Position numbers and translations under genes: made by a program. The notes under the pieces were generated by a model. It was not told where the DNA came from. It ran no database searches and saw only the letters and a list, made by a program, of their open reading frames with translations. Below are positions 9,492-19,809 of a stretch of 64,000 nt of DNA, in pieces. Position 1 is the stretch's first letter. The number at the start of each line of letters is the position of its first letter. Where the stretch lies: positions 1,184,001-1,248,000 of the forward strand of contig CAWJGT010000003.1 in NCBI GenBank assembly GCA_963842525.1. The letters run 5' to 3'. The DNA is from an uncultured Holophagales bacterium (GTDB lineage Bacteria > Acidobacteriota > Thermoanaerobaculia > Multivoradales > UBA5704).

Positions 9492-11684
9492 ATGCGGACG
9501 CTCACCCTGTTGTGCGCCGTTCACTGGCTCCTCGCCTTGGCGGCCTCGGCGCGCGCCCTCGCGGCGGACCAGCCCCTTCTGGAGGCGCGGGCCATTTCGG
9601 CTCCGATCGTTCTCGATGGCTGGCTGCGGGAGCCGGTCTGGAGCGAGGCGCCCGCTGCCGCGGGCTTCGTGCAGCGGGAGCCACAGGCCGGAGCGCCCGC
9701 CAGCGAGACCACCGAGGTGCGGATCGCCTACACCCCGTCGACCCTCTACATCGGCATCCGCGCCCTCGACTCGCAGCCGCGGGCTGTGGTGGCGCGCGAG
9801 ATGACGCCGGACGCCGACGTCACCAGCGACGACTCGGTCTCGGTGGTCCTCGACACCTTCCTCGACCGCCGCAACGGCTACTTCTTCGCCACCAACGCCA
9901 ACGGCGTGCGGACCGACGGGCTGATCACCAACGAAGGAGACGTCTTCGACATGGAATGGGACGGCCTCTGGGAGGTCGCGGCCCGGCGCACCGAGGACGG
10001 CTGGTCCGCCGAGATGGCGATTCCGTTCTCGACCTTCCGCTTCGATCCCGCGAAAGACGCGTGGGGGATGAACGTCCGCCGGCTGGTGCGCCGCAAGGCC
10101 GAGGAGGCCACCTGGGCGCCGCTCCCGCTCGAAGCCGACATCGCGCGCATGTCGCTCGCCGGCCGCCTCGCCGGGATCACCGGCATCTCGCCGGGTCTCG
10201 GCCTGCGCGTCAAGCCGTTCGCCGTGGCCTCGGGCCGCGAGTCGGCGCCTTCCCGGAAAGCCCTGGCACCTGGGACGGCCCCTGGGACGGAGCCGGAGTC
10301 CGTCACCGGTCAGGAGAGCGGGCTCGACCTCAAGTGGGGTGTCGGCCGTGGGCTGGCGCTCGACCTGACGGTCCATACGGACTTCGCCGAGTCCGAGGCG
10401 GACGAGCAGCAGGTCAATCTGTCTCGCTTCTCTCTGTTCCTGCCGGAGAAGCGCGAGTTCTTCCTGGAGAACGCCGGCATCTTCGACTTCGGGCCGCGCA
10501 CGCCATTCGGCCCCCAGCTCTTCCGGCCGTTCTTCTCGCGGCGCATCGGCCTCGGCGGCGACGGCCAGCCGGTCCCCATCGAATGGGGAGCACGCCTCAG
10601 TGGACGCACCGGTCCCTGGAGCGTCGGCCTGCTCGACGTCCAGACCGAGCCCTCCGCCGGCCGTACAGGTTCCGGGGAGAATTGGGGCGTCGCGCGCCTC
10701 CAGCGCCGGCTCGGCGACCGGGCGAGCCTCGGCGTGCTGTCGACCCGGCACGACGGACCCGAGGGGACCAGCCTCCTCTACGGCGTGGACGGCGACTACC
10801 AGCCCACCTCGCGGCTCAAGGTGCGGAGCTTCTGGGCGATGTCCGACGATCCCACCCAGGGGAGCGACATGGCGGGCGGCCTCGGCGCCGTCTACCGCGG
10901 CCCGAAGTGGCGCTGGAGCCTCGACACTCTGGAGATCGGCGACGGCTTCGATCCTGAGATGGGCTTCCTGTTGCGCAAGGGCATCCGGCGCTACGCCTCC
11001 AGCCTGACCTGGGTGCCGCGGCCGGCGATCCCGCACGTCCGCAACCTCTACCTCGAGGGGCGGAACGAGGTCTATACCAATCTCGCGGGCGAAATCGATT
11101 CGATGTACACCGGCCTGGACCTCTTCTCCCTGCGGACCAAGTCGGACGACGTCTTCGGCGTCTACTCGTTCCATACCTTCGAGCGGCTGGACGAGCCCTT
11201 CGAGATGCACCGCGGGGCCGAAGTCCCTGCCGGAGAGCATCGCTTCGATCAGGCTGGAGTCTGGTTCGAGACCAATGCCTCGCGGCCGGTGTCGGTCAAC
11301 GCCTGGGCGGAAGGAGGAGCCTTCTACGACGGTGACCGGATGTCACACGGCGTGACCCTGCGGCTGAACCCCGGCCGGCATTTCCGCTCGCAGACGAGCT
11401 GGAGCCACAACGACATCGACCTGCCGTCCGGCGCCTTCGCCACCAACCTCGTCCGGCAGCGGCTCCAGTACGCCTTCACACCGGAGCTCTCGACCGCCGC
11501 CCTGGTGCAGTGGAGCGACGCGGCCGAGCTCCTGGGAGCCAACCTCCGCCTCGGCTGGACCTACCGTCCCGGCGCCGACCTCTTCCTGGTCCTCAATCAG
11601 ACCTGGGACGCGCCAGGCCTGGGCAGCCGCACGATGCGCGACCGGCAGGCGATTTTGAAGCTGACGTATCTGTTCGCGGTGTAG
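9492..11684 (+). CDS. CBM9-like sugar-binding + DUF5916 outer-membrane barrel protein
   Basis: Signal peptide; IVLDGWLREPVW, GWSAEMAIPF, TDFAESEAD, EKREFFLEN, FFSRRIG. Confidence 0.85.
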   Translation: MRTLTLLCAVHWLLALAASARALAADQPLLEARAISAPIVLDGWLREPVWSEAPAAAGFVQREPQAGAPASETTEVRIAYTPSTLYIGIRALDSQPRAVVAREMTPDADVTSDDSVSVVLDTFLDRRNGYFFATNANGVRTDGLITNEGDVFDMEWDGLWEVAARRTEDGWSAEMAIPFSTFRFDPAKDAWGMNVRRLVRRKAEEATWAPLPLEADIARMSLAGRLAGITGISPGLGLRVKPFAVASGRESAPSRKALAPGTAPGTEPESVTGQESGLDLKWGVGRGLALDLTVHTDFAESEADEQQVNLSRFSLFLPEKREFFLENAGIFDFGPRTPFGPQLFRPFFSRRIGLGGDGQPVPIEWGARLSGRTGPWSVGLLDVQTEPSAGRTGSGENWGVARLQRRLGDRASLGVLSTRHDGPEGTSLLYGVDGDYQPTSRLKVRSFWAMSDDPTQGSDMAGGLGAVYRGPKWRWSLDTLEIGDGFDPEMGFLLRKGIRRYASSLTWVPRPAIPHVRNLYLEGRNEVYTNLAGEIDSMYTGLDLFSLRTKSDDVFGVYSFHTFERLDEPFEMHRGAEVPAGEHRFDQAGVWFETNASRPVSVNAWAEGGAFYDGDRMSHGVTLRLNPGRHFRSQTSWSHNDIDLPSGAFATNLVRQRLQYAFTPELSTAALVQWSDAAELLGANLRLGWTYRPGADLFLVLNQTWDAPGLGSRTMRDRQAILKLTYLFAV

Positions 11685-11787
11685 GCCCTGTGTCGCACCA
11701 GAGCCGCGCGCCCAGCCGGTCTAGGTCTGCATGCAGATACTTCTCCGTCGCTTGCCCGACCCGGGCAACCTTGGATATGTTTCCGGG

Positions 11788-13239
11788 ATGCCGCTCATTG
11801 CAGACACCATCACAGCCTTTCCCATGCCTCCAAATGCATACCCGCCTGTGCCAGGCGGTGGTTTGGTGGCGACTCTGGTCGATCGTGTTGCGGTGGACCC
11901 GTTCAATGCGCTCGCTACGGGGATCTTCATCCTGGCAATCGTGCATACATTCTTGGCGGCACGGTTCGCCGTGCTGGCCCATAGCGTCCAGAGCCGGGCC
12001 GACAGGCGTTCGCGTTCCGAAGGCCGGCCGGCGGTACCCAGCGTCCTCGCGGAGCTCTTGCATTTCCTTGGGGAGGTCGAGGTCGTGTTCGGGCTCTGGG
12101 CTATTCCTCTTCTCGCCGCCCTGGTGGCCTATGGCGGATGGCACCAGGCGACGCATTACCTGAACGACACTGTAAACTACACGGAACCGCTGTTCGTAAT
12201 CGTGATCATGGCCCTCGCTTCCACCCGGCCGATCGTCGGCCTGGCAGAATCGTCTCTGCGCCGTATCGCGGCTTTGGGCGGCCGCACACCTGGTGCCTGG
12301 TGGTTTGTGATCCTGACGATCGGACCTGTGCTGGGATCGTTCATCACCGAGCCGGCCGCAATGACGATCTGTGCGCTCCTGCTTGGACGGCAGTTTTACG
12401 ACCTCAATCCCAGCCCACGGTTGAAGTACGCGACTCTGGGGCTGCTATTCGTCAATGTCTCTGTCGGGGGTACGCTTACGCATTTCGCAGCGCCGCCTGT
12501 TCTGATGGTGGCACGGCCGTGGGGCTGGGACACTCTGTTCATGCTTAGGCATTTCGGATGGCGTGCGATGATCGCCGTGGCCGGATCGACTCTGATCTAT
12601 TCCTTGATCTTTCGGCGCGAGTTTCGGCGGTTGGCCTCGCGTCCGCCTGTACCGGATATCGAGCAGCCCGAACGTCCTGACGGCGCGAGCAAGCCCGCGG
12701 CGCTCCTGCCGGTGCCGATCTGGGTGACGGTGATCCATGTGCTCTTCATGGCCTGGACCGTGCTGAATGCGCACTACCCGGCTCTCTTCATCGGTGGATT
12801 CCTCTTCTTCCTGGGCTTCTTGCGGGCCACCGCGGCCTATCAGAGCCAGGTCGACTTGAAAGCACCCTTGCTGGTGGGCTTCTTTCTCGGCGGGCTGGTG
12901 ATCCACGGGGGTCTTCAGGCCTGGTGGATCGCGCCGGTGCTCGCGAGTCTGTCCGAGACACCGCTGTTCTTCGGGGCTACCGTGCTCACCGCGTTCAACG
13001 ACAATGCCCTGATCACTTATCTTGCCACGCTCGTGCCCAATCTCAGCGAGTCTTTGAAGGTGGCGGTGGTGGGAGGGGCAGTCACGGGCGGCGGCTTGAC
13101 GGTGATTGCGAATGCCCCGAATCCGGCCGGCCAGGCGATCCTGGGCCGATTCTTTGGCGGTGTGATCGAGCCGCTCAAGCTGGTGCTTGCGGCTCTCATT
13201 CCTACGTTGGTGGCGATCTTGATATTCCAAGCGCTGTAG
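11788..13239 (+). CDS. Putative Na+/H+ antiporter (DUF1504 family)
   Basis: LGEVEVVFGLW, GSFITEPAAMT, GGTLTHFAAPP, GGGLTVIANAPNPAG; polytopic. Confidence 0.85.
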   Translation: MPLIADTITAFPMPPNAYPPVPGGGLVATLVDRVAVDPFNALATGIFILAIVHTFLAARFAVLAHSVQSRADRRSRSEGRPAVPSVLAELLHFLGEVEVVFGLWAIPLLAALVAYGGWHQATHYLNDTVNYTEPLFVIVIMALASTRPIVGLAESSLRRIAALGGRTPGAWWFVILTIGPVLGSFITEPAAMTICALLLGRQFYDLNPSPRLKYATLGLLFVNVSVGGTLTHFAAPPVLMVARPWGWDTLFMLRHFGWRAMIAVAGSTLIYSLIFRREFRRLASRPPVPDIEQPERPDGASKPAALLPVPIWVTVIHVLFMAWTVLNAHYPALFIGGFLFFLGFLRATAAYQSQVDLKAPLLVGFFLGGLVIHGGLQAWWIAPVLASLSETPLFFGATVLTAFNDNALITYLATLVPNLSESLKVAVVGGAVTGGGLTVIANAPNPAGQAILGRFFGGVIEPLKLVLAALIPTLVAILIFQAL

Positions 13240-13256
13240 CCCGAGAAAAGGACCTG

Positions 13257-14171
13257 ATGGTCAACGAGACGGTCATTGCGGCGAGGCAGCTCGCCAAACA
13301 CTACGGCGGCGTCCGCGCGGTGGAAGGGCTGACCCTCGAGGTGCGCCGTGGCGAGGTCTACGGTTTCCTCGGGCGTAATGGTGCGGGCAAGACGACGACG
13401 ATCCGCATGCTGCTCGGGCTCATCCGGCCGACCTCCGGAGAGGTCACGCTGTTCGGCGTTCGCAGGCCGCGGAGCGGGGCCCGTGCCTTTGCGAAGATCG
13501 GCTATCTTGTCGAGATTGCCACGGCGTATCCAAACCTCACGGTGCGTGAGAATCTGGAGGTCCAGCGGCGCCTGATGCGCTCGCCGCCGTCAGCCGTCGA
13601 TGACGTCATCGAACTGCTGCATCTCGGAGCTTACGCGGACCGCAGGGCCGGCGCGCTCTCGCTCGGCAACAAGCAGCTTCTTTCGCTCGCTCGCGCGCTG
13701 CTGCACTCCCCCGAGCTGGTTGTCCTTGACGAGCCCGCCAACGCGCTCGACCCCGCGGGCATCGTCCGGGTGCGTGAGCTTCTGCGTGCTCTCGCAAGCC
13801 AGCGCGGTGTGACCGTGTTCATGTCGAGCCACATCCTCTCCGAGGTCGCGCATCTGGCCGACCGCATCGGCATCATTCATGAGGGGCGGCTTTTGGAGGA
13901 CCTCGCCATGGGCGAGCTCCAGGCGCGCAGCCGCAGCTACCTCGAGGTGCGCGTGTCCGATCTGCCCCGTGCCCGGGCACTCCTCGCGGAGCGGCTCGGA
14001 GCCGTGCGGATCGTTGAGCAGAGTGGGACGCTGCAGGTCTTCGGGGGAGCCGAGCTCGGTCCGGAGGTTGCGCGCGCGGTGGTGCAAGCCGGGCTGGATC
14101 TGCATTCCCTCACTCCTGTGGTCGAGGATCTCGAGTCGTACTTCCTGCGGCTGACGGGAGGCGAGGCGTGA
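13257..14171 (+). CDS. ABC transporter ATP-binding protein (BcrA/lantibiotic immunity type)
   Basis: GRNGAGKTT Walker A, LSLGNKQ signature, LDEP Walker B, SSH. Confidence 0.92.
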   Translation: MVNETVIAARQLAKHYGGVRAVEGLTLEVRRGEVYGFLGRNGAGKTTTIRMLLGLIRPTSGEVTLFGVRRPRSGARAFAKIGYLVEIATAYPNLTVRENLEVQRRLMRSPPSAVDDVIELLHLGAYADRRAGALSLGNKQLLSLARALLHSPELVVLDEPANALDPAGIVRVRELLRALASQRGVTVFMSSHILSEVAHLADRIGIIHEGRLLEDLAMGELQARSRSYLEVRVSDLPRARALLAERLGAVRIVEQSGTLQVFGGAELGPEVARAVVQAGLDLHSLTPVVEDLESYFLRLTGGEA

Positions 14172-14953
14172 CGCTCGCGACGGTCGCCGGCACGGAGTTG
14201 CTGAAGTTGCGACGCAGCAAGGTCACGTGGCTCACGTGGCTTGCGTTCTCCATCGCACCTCTGGTCGACGGTCTGTTCATGTGGATCCTCAAGGAGCCCG
14301 ACCGTGCCCGCGCACTCGGTCTGCTCGGCGCCAAGGCACAGATCGCCGGCGGGTCGGCGGATTGGCCGACGTTCGCCGCGGTGCTCGCACAGATGACGGG
14401 CGTGGGCGGGATGATCCTCACCGCGGTGATCACTGCGTATGTGTTCGGGCGGGAATATGCCGACGGCACGGCGAAGAACATGCTCGCGCTTCCGGTGCGG
14501 CGCGAGTCGTTCGTCCTCGCCAAGCTGGTGGTGGTGGCGCTGTGGTTCGCCGTGGTGGTGGCCGCGATGTTCGTCGAGGGTGTGGCCATCGGGCTCGCGC
14601 TCGATCTGCCGGGCTTCTCGCCGGGGCTTCTCAGCCGGGCGGTGCGCGACGTCGCGCTCTCCGCGGCCATGTGCTACCTGCTCGTCCCGCCGGTGGCGTG
14701 GATCGCGACGCTGGGACGCGGTTATCTTCCACCGCTCGGATTCGCGATTTTCACCCTCGTGCTCGGCAACGTCTTTGCGGCCACGGGCTGGGGGAAGTGG
14801 TTCCCCTACGCGATCGTGCCGCTCTATACCGGTATTGCGGGTCCCCGCGTGAGCCTGTTGGAGCCGGGCAGCTATGTGGTCGTGCTGCTGCTGTTCGCCG
14901 CCGGCGTCGCGGCTACTGTATGGCAGGTGCGCTCCGCTGATGACACGCAATAG
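14168..14953 (+). CDS. ABC-2 type permease
   Basis: ELLKLRRS start, FGREYADGTAK, ~6 TM helices; GTGA overlap with ATPase. Confidence 0.88.
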   Translation: MTLATVAGTELLKLRRSKVTWLTWLAFSIAPLVDGLFMWILKEPDRARALGLLGAKAQIAGGSADWPTFAAVLAQMTGVGGMILTAVITAYVFGREYADGTAKNMLALPVRRESFVLAKLVVVALWFAVVVAAMFVEGVAIGLALDLPGFSPGLLSRAVRDVALSAAMCYLLVPPVAWIATLGRGYLPPLGFAIFTLVLGNVFAATGWGKWFPYAIVPLYTGIAGPRVSLLEPGSYVVVLLLFAAGVAATVWQVRSADDTQ

Positions 14954-15076
14954 GGGATAGCTTCGGTAGGCCGGGCGGCCTTCCGAGGAGACCGTTCGCG
15001 GGCCAGCGCCTTGCGACCTCCGGCCGCCCTCGCGTAAAGCCCGCCCATCATGGCTCGGGATGACGTGGTGCGAGGG

Positions 15077-15556
15077 CTAGCGATGCTCAACCTTCACGCC
15101 GAACGCAGCAGCCCTTTCGGTGAGCTCGGACAGGAGATGCTTTGCCGCCGGCAGGAGGACTATCCGCCCGCCGAATGGGTGCGGTCGCCTCAGCTCGATA
15201 TCAACGACAGGCGAGCTCTTCCCTTCGAAGGCTCCGTTGATCACAACGCGCTGAACGTCCGGCCACCCGATGATCTCTTCGCGCAGATAGCTCGACACCC
15301 GAATGTTGTCAGCGTTGAGCGACACCTTCTTTAGACGCAGGCTCACCCTGAATGTGAAAAATAGCATGAGCAGCAGCAAGCCGAGGAGCAGAGTCTTGCC
15401 CCAGATTGGCGCCACGCTCGGATTCCATCGGAGCTTCGGTGACTCCGTGAACGCCAGAAAGTTGAAGTAGCTCATCAGCCCCAAACCGAGAGGCCACCCG
15501 AGCTTCACCAGTGGTGTCGTTAGGCCAGTGATTTGTACTTCAGTAGAATCGACCAT
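15077..15556 (-). CDS. Hypothetical membrane protein (2 TM + PH-like soluble part)
   Basis: Two hydrophobic stretches; lower GC than flanks. Confidence 0.55.
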   Translation of the reverse strand: MVDSTEVQITGLTTPLVKLGWPLGLGLMSYFNFLAFTESPKLRWNPSVAPIWGKTLLLGLLLLMLFFTFRVSLRLKKVSLNADNIRVSSYLREEIIGWPDVQRVVINGAFEGKSSPVVDIELRRPHPFGGRIVLLPAAKHLLSELTERAAAFGVKVEHR

Positions 15557-15775
15557 GTCGCAACACCGAAGACACACCCCCGCCAGACTGCCTATCGCAA
15601 GTCGGCGCTGTCGAGGCTTCGCGGAAGCAGTCCACGATCTCTCCTGTCCTCAAGGGCTTGTGGAAGGCTACATCGCTTTCGATTCCGCGTCAACGCTGTT
15701 GATGGGGAGATGCGGTTGAGAGGGACTTCGACGTGCTCCGCGTGGTGCCCTCATCCAGTAGGATCGGCTACGCCC

Positions 15776-16924
15776 ATGCGCTCTCTCACCCACATTCTGA
15801 TCGCCGGTGGCGGTATCGGTGGCCTGACGGCCGCCATCGCTCTGCGCTGCGCCGGCTTCGCGGTCCGCGTGTTCGAGCGCGCTCCGGAGATCCGCGAGGT
15901 CGGAGCGGGGCTCACCCTCCAGAGCAACGCCATCCTCGCCCTGCGGCGGATCGGTCTCGAGGAGGCGGCCGTGGCGAGCGGACGGGTGGTGGAGCGGGGG
16001 AGCATACGGGCGCCGGATGGCCGGTTCCTTTCCCGGGCTGATGTGCGCGAGGTCTCCCGTGAGGTCGGAGCGCCGAGCGTGGCGATCCACCGCGCGACGC
16101 TTCAGCGTCTCCTCCTGGAGGCTGCCGGTCCCGGCATCGTCGAGACCGGCCGGGAGGTCGCAGGCTATGAAATAAGGAAGGACGGGGTGGCCGTCCGCTT
16201 CCTGGACGGGAGCCGGGAGAACGGCTCCCTCCTTGTTGGCGCCGACGGCCTTCGCTCGGCCGTGCGCGCCCAGCTCCTGGCGGACGGCGAGCCGCTCTAC
16301 GCCGGATACACCTCCTGGCGCGGCGTGACGCCGGAGAGAGGCCCATCACCGAACGAGACGTCCGAGACCTGGGGCGCGGGCAGGCGCTTCGGCATCGTGC
16401 CGATCGAGCGCGGCCGGGTCTACTGGTTCGCCACCCTCAACACTCCCGCGGGAGGCCGCGACGAGCCCGGGCAGGCCCGCGCCGCGCTGCTGCGCCTTTT
16501 CGGAGGCTGGCACCCGCCGATCGCCTCACTCCTGGAGGCCACTCCCGAGGAGGCCATCCTGCGCAACGACATCCTCCACCGGATGCCGGTCTCGCGGTGG
16601 GGCGAGGGGCGGATGACCCTGCTCGGTGACGCTGCCCATCCCATGACACCCAACCTCGGACAGGGCGCCTGCCAGGCCATCGAAGATGCCGTCGTGCTCG
16701 CCGGAAGCCTGCGGGACGCTGCCGATCCGATCGCGGCGCTACGGCAGTATGAGGCCCGGCGCATCGCCCGCGCCAACGGCTTCGTCCTCGGCGCACTGCG
16801 GCTCGGCCTCATTGCCCAATGGGAGAACGGCACCGCGCGCTGGCTACGCGACCGCCTCGTCGCCTTGACGCCCGCCAGCGTCATGCACCGCCGGCTGGTC
16901 GGCTCGCTCGCGTTCGAAGGGTGA
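15776..16924 (+). CDS. FAD-dependent monooxygenase
   Basis: IAGGGIGG, LVGADGLRSAVR, LLGDAAHPMTPNLGQGACQAIED. Confidence 0.93.
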   Translation: MRSLTHILIAGGGIGGLTAAIALRCAGFAVRVFERAPEIREVGAGLTLQSNAILALRRIGLEEAAVASGRVVERGSIRAPDGRFLSRADVREVSREVGAPSVAIHRATLQRLLLEAAGPGIVETGREVAGYEIRKDGVAVRFLDGSRENGSLLVGADGLRSAVRAQLLADGEPLYAGYTSWRGVTPERGPSPNETSETWGAGRRFGIVPIERGRVYWFATLNTPAGGRDEPGQARAALLRLFGGWHPPIASLLEATPEEAILRNDILHRMPVSRWGEGRMTLLGDAAHPMTPNLGQGACQAIEDAVVLAGSLRDAADPIAALRQYEARRIARANGFVLGALRLGLIAQWENGTARWLRDRLVALTPASVMHRRLVGSLAFEG

Positions 16925-16925
16925 A

Positions 16926-17423
16926 TCAACGCCGCGGCTCGGGCCGCTCGACCTGCGGCACGTGCCCGCGCTTGTAGACCATCACGGTACGTTGGAATTC
17001 GATGATCACGATGCCGTCCTGGTTGGTGCCCGTGGTCTTGAGCTTCACGATGCCGAGGTGCGGGCGCGAATGGGACTCGCGCGTCTCCAGGACCTCGCTC
17101 TGGGCGTAGACGGTGTCGCCCTCGAAGAGCGGGTGGGGGAGGCGGACCTCGTCCCAGCCGAGATTGATGCCATTCATGGAGACGTCGTTGACCGAAAGAC
17201 CGGTGACCAGCGCCAGGGTGAAGGTCGAGTCCACCAGCGGCCGTCCCCACTCGGTTTGGGCCGCGTAGGCGGCATCGAAATGAATGGGGTTGTTGTTGAC
17301 CGTCAGCAGGGTGAACCAGATGTTGTCCGCCTGGGTGACGGTCCGGCCGAGAGGATGGCGGTAGATATCCCCGACCTCGAAGTCCTCGTAGACGCGACCG
17401 GTCCAACCTTCCTTGACGCTCAT
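16926..17423 (-). CDS. MaoC-family dehydratase, copy 1
   Basis: YEDFEVGD, GRTVTQADN, NPIHFD, FEGDT hot-dog fold motifs. Confidence 0.9.
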   Translation of the reverse strand: MSVKEGWTGRVYEDFEVGDIYRHPLGRTVTQADNIWFTLLTVNNNPIHFDAAYAAQTEWGRPLVDSTFTLALVTGLSVNDVSMNGINLGWDEVRLPHPLFEGDTVYAQSEVLETRESHSRPHLGIVKLKTTGTNQDGIVIIEFQRTVMVYKRGHVPQVERPEPRR

Positions 17424-18070
17424 GACGGCTGCGGCCTCCCGGCGGGATCAGGGCGGCGCAGCCTTCGGCCCACGGCCCAGAAGAGGCCGGCGACGAGGAG
17501 GACGAGGCCGAAGACCAGCGCCACGTTGTCGAGCCGCGCCGCGGTCGCGCCGGTCAGGGCGTAGATCAGGGCGGCGGGGAGGCTGCCGGCGACGGTGGCG
17601 GCGATCATCCGGCCCCAGCCCAGGGGTGAGGCGCCGGCGAGCACGGCCACGGTTTCGGCGAGGATCGGCACCGGACGGGTGACGAGGATCGCCAGGTCTC
17701 CCCACTGCCGGAGCAGGGCGCCGGCCCGCTGGCGCTCGTCTTCGGGCACCAGCCGGGCGTAGAGGGCGCCGCCCCGGCGGCCGATCGCGAACCCGAAGAG
17801 GCCCGCACCCACCGCTCCCGCCAGGGACAGCAGCGTGCCGCCCACCACGCCGAAGAGAGCTCCGTGCGCGATCATCACCAGGCTCGACGGCACCGGCAGC
17901 ACCACGTCGACGATCAGCAGGCCGATCCCGATCAACGCCGCTGTCGTGCCACCCCTTGACAGCCAGGGCGACGGATCGGTCAACAGCGGCACATGGAGAG
18001 CCTCGGCCAGCCCGAAGAGGGCGAGGAAGAGCGCCATCATCGCGCCGGTGAGCAACCAGAACCTTTTCAT
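17420..18070 (-). CDS. DedA/VTT (SNARE-associated) membrane protein
   Basis: DVVLPVPSS, TRPVPILAET motifs; ATGA coupling to MaoC. Confidence 0.85.
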   Translation of the reverse strand: MKRFWLLTGAMMALFLALFGLAEALHVPLLTDPSPWLSRGGTTAALIGIGLLIVDVVLPVPSSLVMIAHGALFGVVGGTLLSLAGAVGAGLFGFAIGRRGGALYARLVPEDERQRAGALLRQWGDLAILVTRPVPILAETVAVLAGASPLGWGRMIAATVAGSLPAALIYALTGATAARLDNVALVFGLVLLVAGLFWAVGRRLRRPDPAGRPQPS

Positions 18071-18325
18071 GCCTGCGCTCCCGGACGGAACGGCACGCTC
18101 AGGCTGGTCGAGCTGATAGATCCTCGTTTCGAGCCCCTGGATGCGGGCCTCGATCCGCGCAACCTCCTCTTCGCTCTTGCCAGTCTTTTCCTTTTGGAGG
18201 TCGTCGATCCGCTGCCGCAGGTATTTGACGCGGTCGCGGAAGTAGGTGAATCCGTCGAAGACGCGGATCGCCGCCTGGGCCGTGACGGACGAGCTGTTGA
18301 AGGTGGGCAGGCGTCTCGTGTCCGG
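18071..18325 (-). pseudogene. Start-less coiled-coil gene fragment in frame with the VTT gene
   Basis: Frame reads TFNSSSVTAQAAIRVFDGFTYFRDRVKYLRQRIDDLQKEKTGKSEEEVARIEARIQGLETRIYQL, preceded by TGA with no start codon. Confidence 0.4.
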
Positions 18326-18696
18326 TCATCGGGTGCGTTCCTTTCCGAAGGACCCGACGATTCTAAGCCAGGAGTCGATGGACTGCTGACCTGGTGAGCC
18401 GATGAGCTTATTGGGGGGCCGGTGCGGGAGCGGCGCCGCTCGCCGGACGCTGCGGGGTGCTGCCGCCCACAGGCGGTGTCGCGCCACTTCCGGCAGGCGC
18501 CGGGGGGCTGGCGGGCGGGGTCGAGCTGGGGGATGCCGTGGAGCCGCCGGTGGTCGTCGAGGGTCTGGTGGGCGCGGGCGCCGGCGTGCTCGGCGCGGGG
18601 GGGGACGGCGCAGGCATGGTCAGCCTCTGGCTCAGGTCGCCGCGGCGCGCTGTTTCGGCCTGCGTCTGCGCGGCGAGGCGCGCGCGGCGCTCTTCG
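18321..18696 (-). repeat. Duplicated 3' end and downstream flank of the last family A gene (paralogous to ~23741-24067)
   Basis: 18556-18695 matches 23928-24067 almost exactly; 18321-18370 matches 23741-23790. Confidence 0.85.
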
Positions 18697-18699
18697 TCG

Positions 18700-18898
18700 C
18701 GAGCGGCCGGGTTGTTGGCTGGGCGAGCATTCGGACGCCCGAGGGGAAGATCCTCTCCCGGGCCGGCATGGGCGAGGTCTCCCGCGAGGTCGATGCGCCC
18801 AGCGTCCAGCTTCGGGACGGGACCCGGGCAGCATCCTGGTGGGAGCCGAGGGCATCCGCTCCGCCGTCCGCGGCCAGCTCCTGGACGACGGCGAGCCT
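18700..18898 (+). pseudogene. Internally deleted fragment of an FAD monooxygenase paralogue
   Basis: ASIRTPEGKILSRAGMGEVSREVDAPSV and ILVGAEGIRSAVRGQLLDDGEP mirror GSIRAPDGRFLSRADVREVSREVGAPSV and LLVGADGLRSAVRAQLLADGEP of 15776-16924. Confidence 0.75.
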
Positions 18899-18932
18899 AT
18901 CTCGGCAGGCCCTGGTGCGGTATCTTGTAGGT

Positions 18933-19427
18933 ATGACCAAGCCGCGCGTCTATGTTGAGACTACGATACCGAGCTTCTACCACGAGACACGCACCGCACC
19001 CGATGTTGTGGTCCGTCGGGATTGGACCCGCCAGTGGTGGGAGGGGGCGCCCGATCAGTACGAGCTGGTCACCAGCCCAGCGGTGCTCGACGAGTTGGCG
19101 GGTGGCTTGCCGGAGAGAGGAGCGATGCGCCTTGCTCTGGTGCGTGACCTGCCTCTCCTACCCATCGAGCCGGCCATCACGGAAATCGTGCAGACGTATA
19201 TTCAATACAAACTGATGCCGGCTGACCCTGGTGGTGACGCCATGCACCTGGCGCTGGCCTCCTACCATAAGTGCGACTTTCTACTGACTTGGAATTGCCG
19301 GCATCTTGCGAACGCGAACAAGTTTGGGCATATTCGCCGAGTCAACACGATGCTCGGTCTGTTCGTGCCCGTGTTGGCGACGCCTCTGGAATTGCTGGGA
19401 GATGACGATGAAACAGACCAAGAGTGA
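18933..19427 (+). CDS. PIN-domain (VapC-like) toxin
   Basis: VYVETTIPS, VLDEL, DAMHLALA, LLTWNCRHLAN acidic PIN motifs. Confidence 0.85.
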   Translation: MTKPRVYVETTIPSFYHETRTAPDVVVRRDWTRQWWEGAPDQYELVTSPAVLDELAGGLPERGAMRLALVRDLPLLPIEPAITEIVQTYIQYKLMPADPGGDAMHLALASYHKCDFLLTWNCRHLANANKFGHIRRVNTMLGLFVPVLATPLELLGDDDETDQE

Positions 19428-19599
19428 TCCGGTTATCGAGGAGGTCCGAGAGATCCGTCATCGCATCTCGGAACGCTTCAATCACGATCCTGCCAAGCTG
19501 GTGGCCTACTACATGGAGCTGCAGAAGCAGTACAAAGACCGACTCATCCAGACTGAGGAGAGCCCGAGCCCAGAGCGGGCCGAATCCAAAGCTGTCTGA
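19408..19599 (+). CDS. Small putative antitoxin downstream of PIN toxin
   Basis: DPVIEEVREIRHRISERFNHD; overlaps toxin end; paralogous to 56469-56678. Confidence 0.7.
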   Translation: MKQTKSDPVIEEVREIRHRISERFNHDPAKLVAYYMELQKQYKDRLIQTEESPSPERAESKAV

Positions 19600-19809
19600 A
19601 AAGCGCCCTTACCGCGGCTCCGGCCGCTCCTCCCGATCAGAGCTTCAGAAGAGGAGGGAGGGGGCGGAGGGGCGGGCGGTAGCATCGTCCACCCGGAGAG
19701 CCGCAGCGAAGCAGCGACCGCGCTTCAAGGGGCAGACAGGTCAACCAGGGGGGATAGAGGGAAGCGTGGCCGCAGCGGCGGCCAGTCGCCTTTAGGCGGC
19801 TCCCATATT

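Noticed and set aside
18099-18329. 76-aa minus-strand ORF
   Set aside because: A different, start-less frame has the protein-like composition; treated as a gene remnant.
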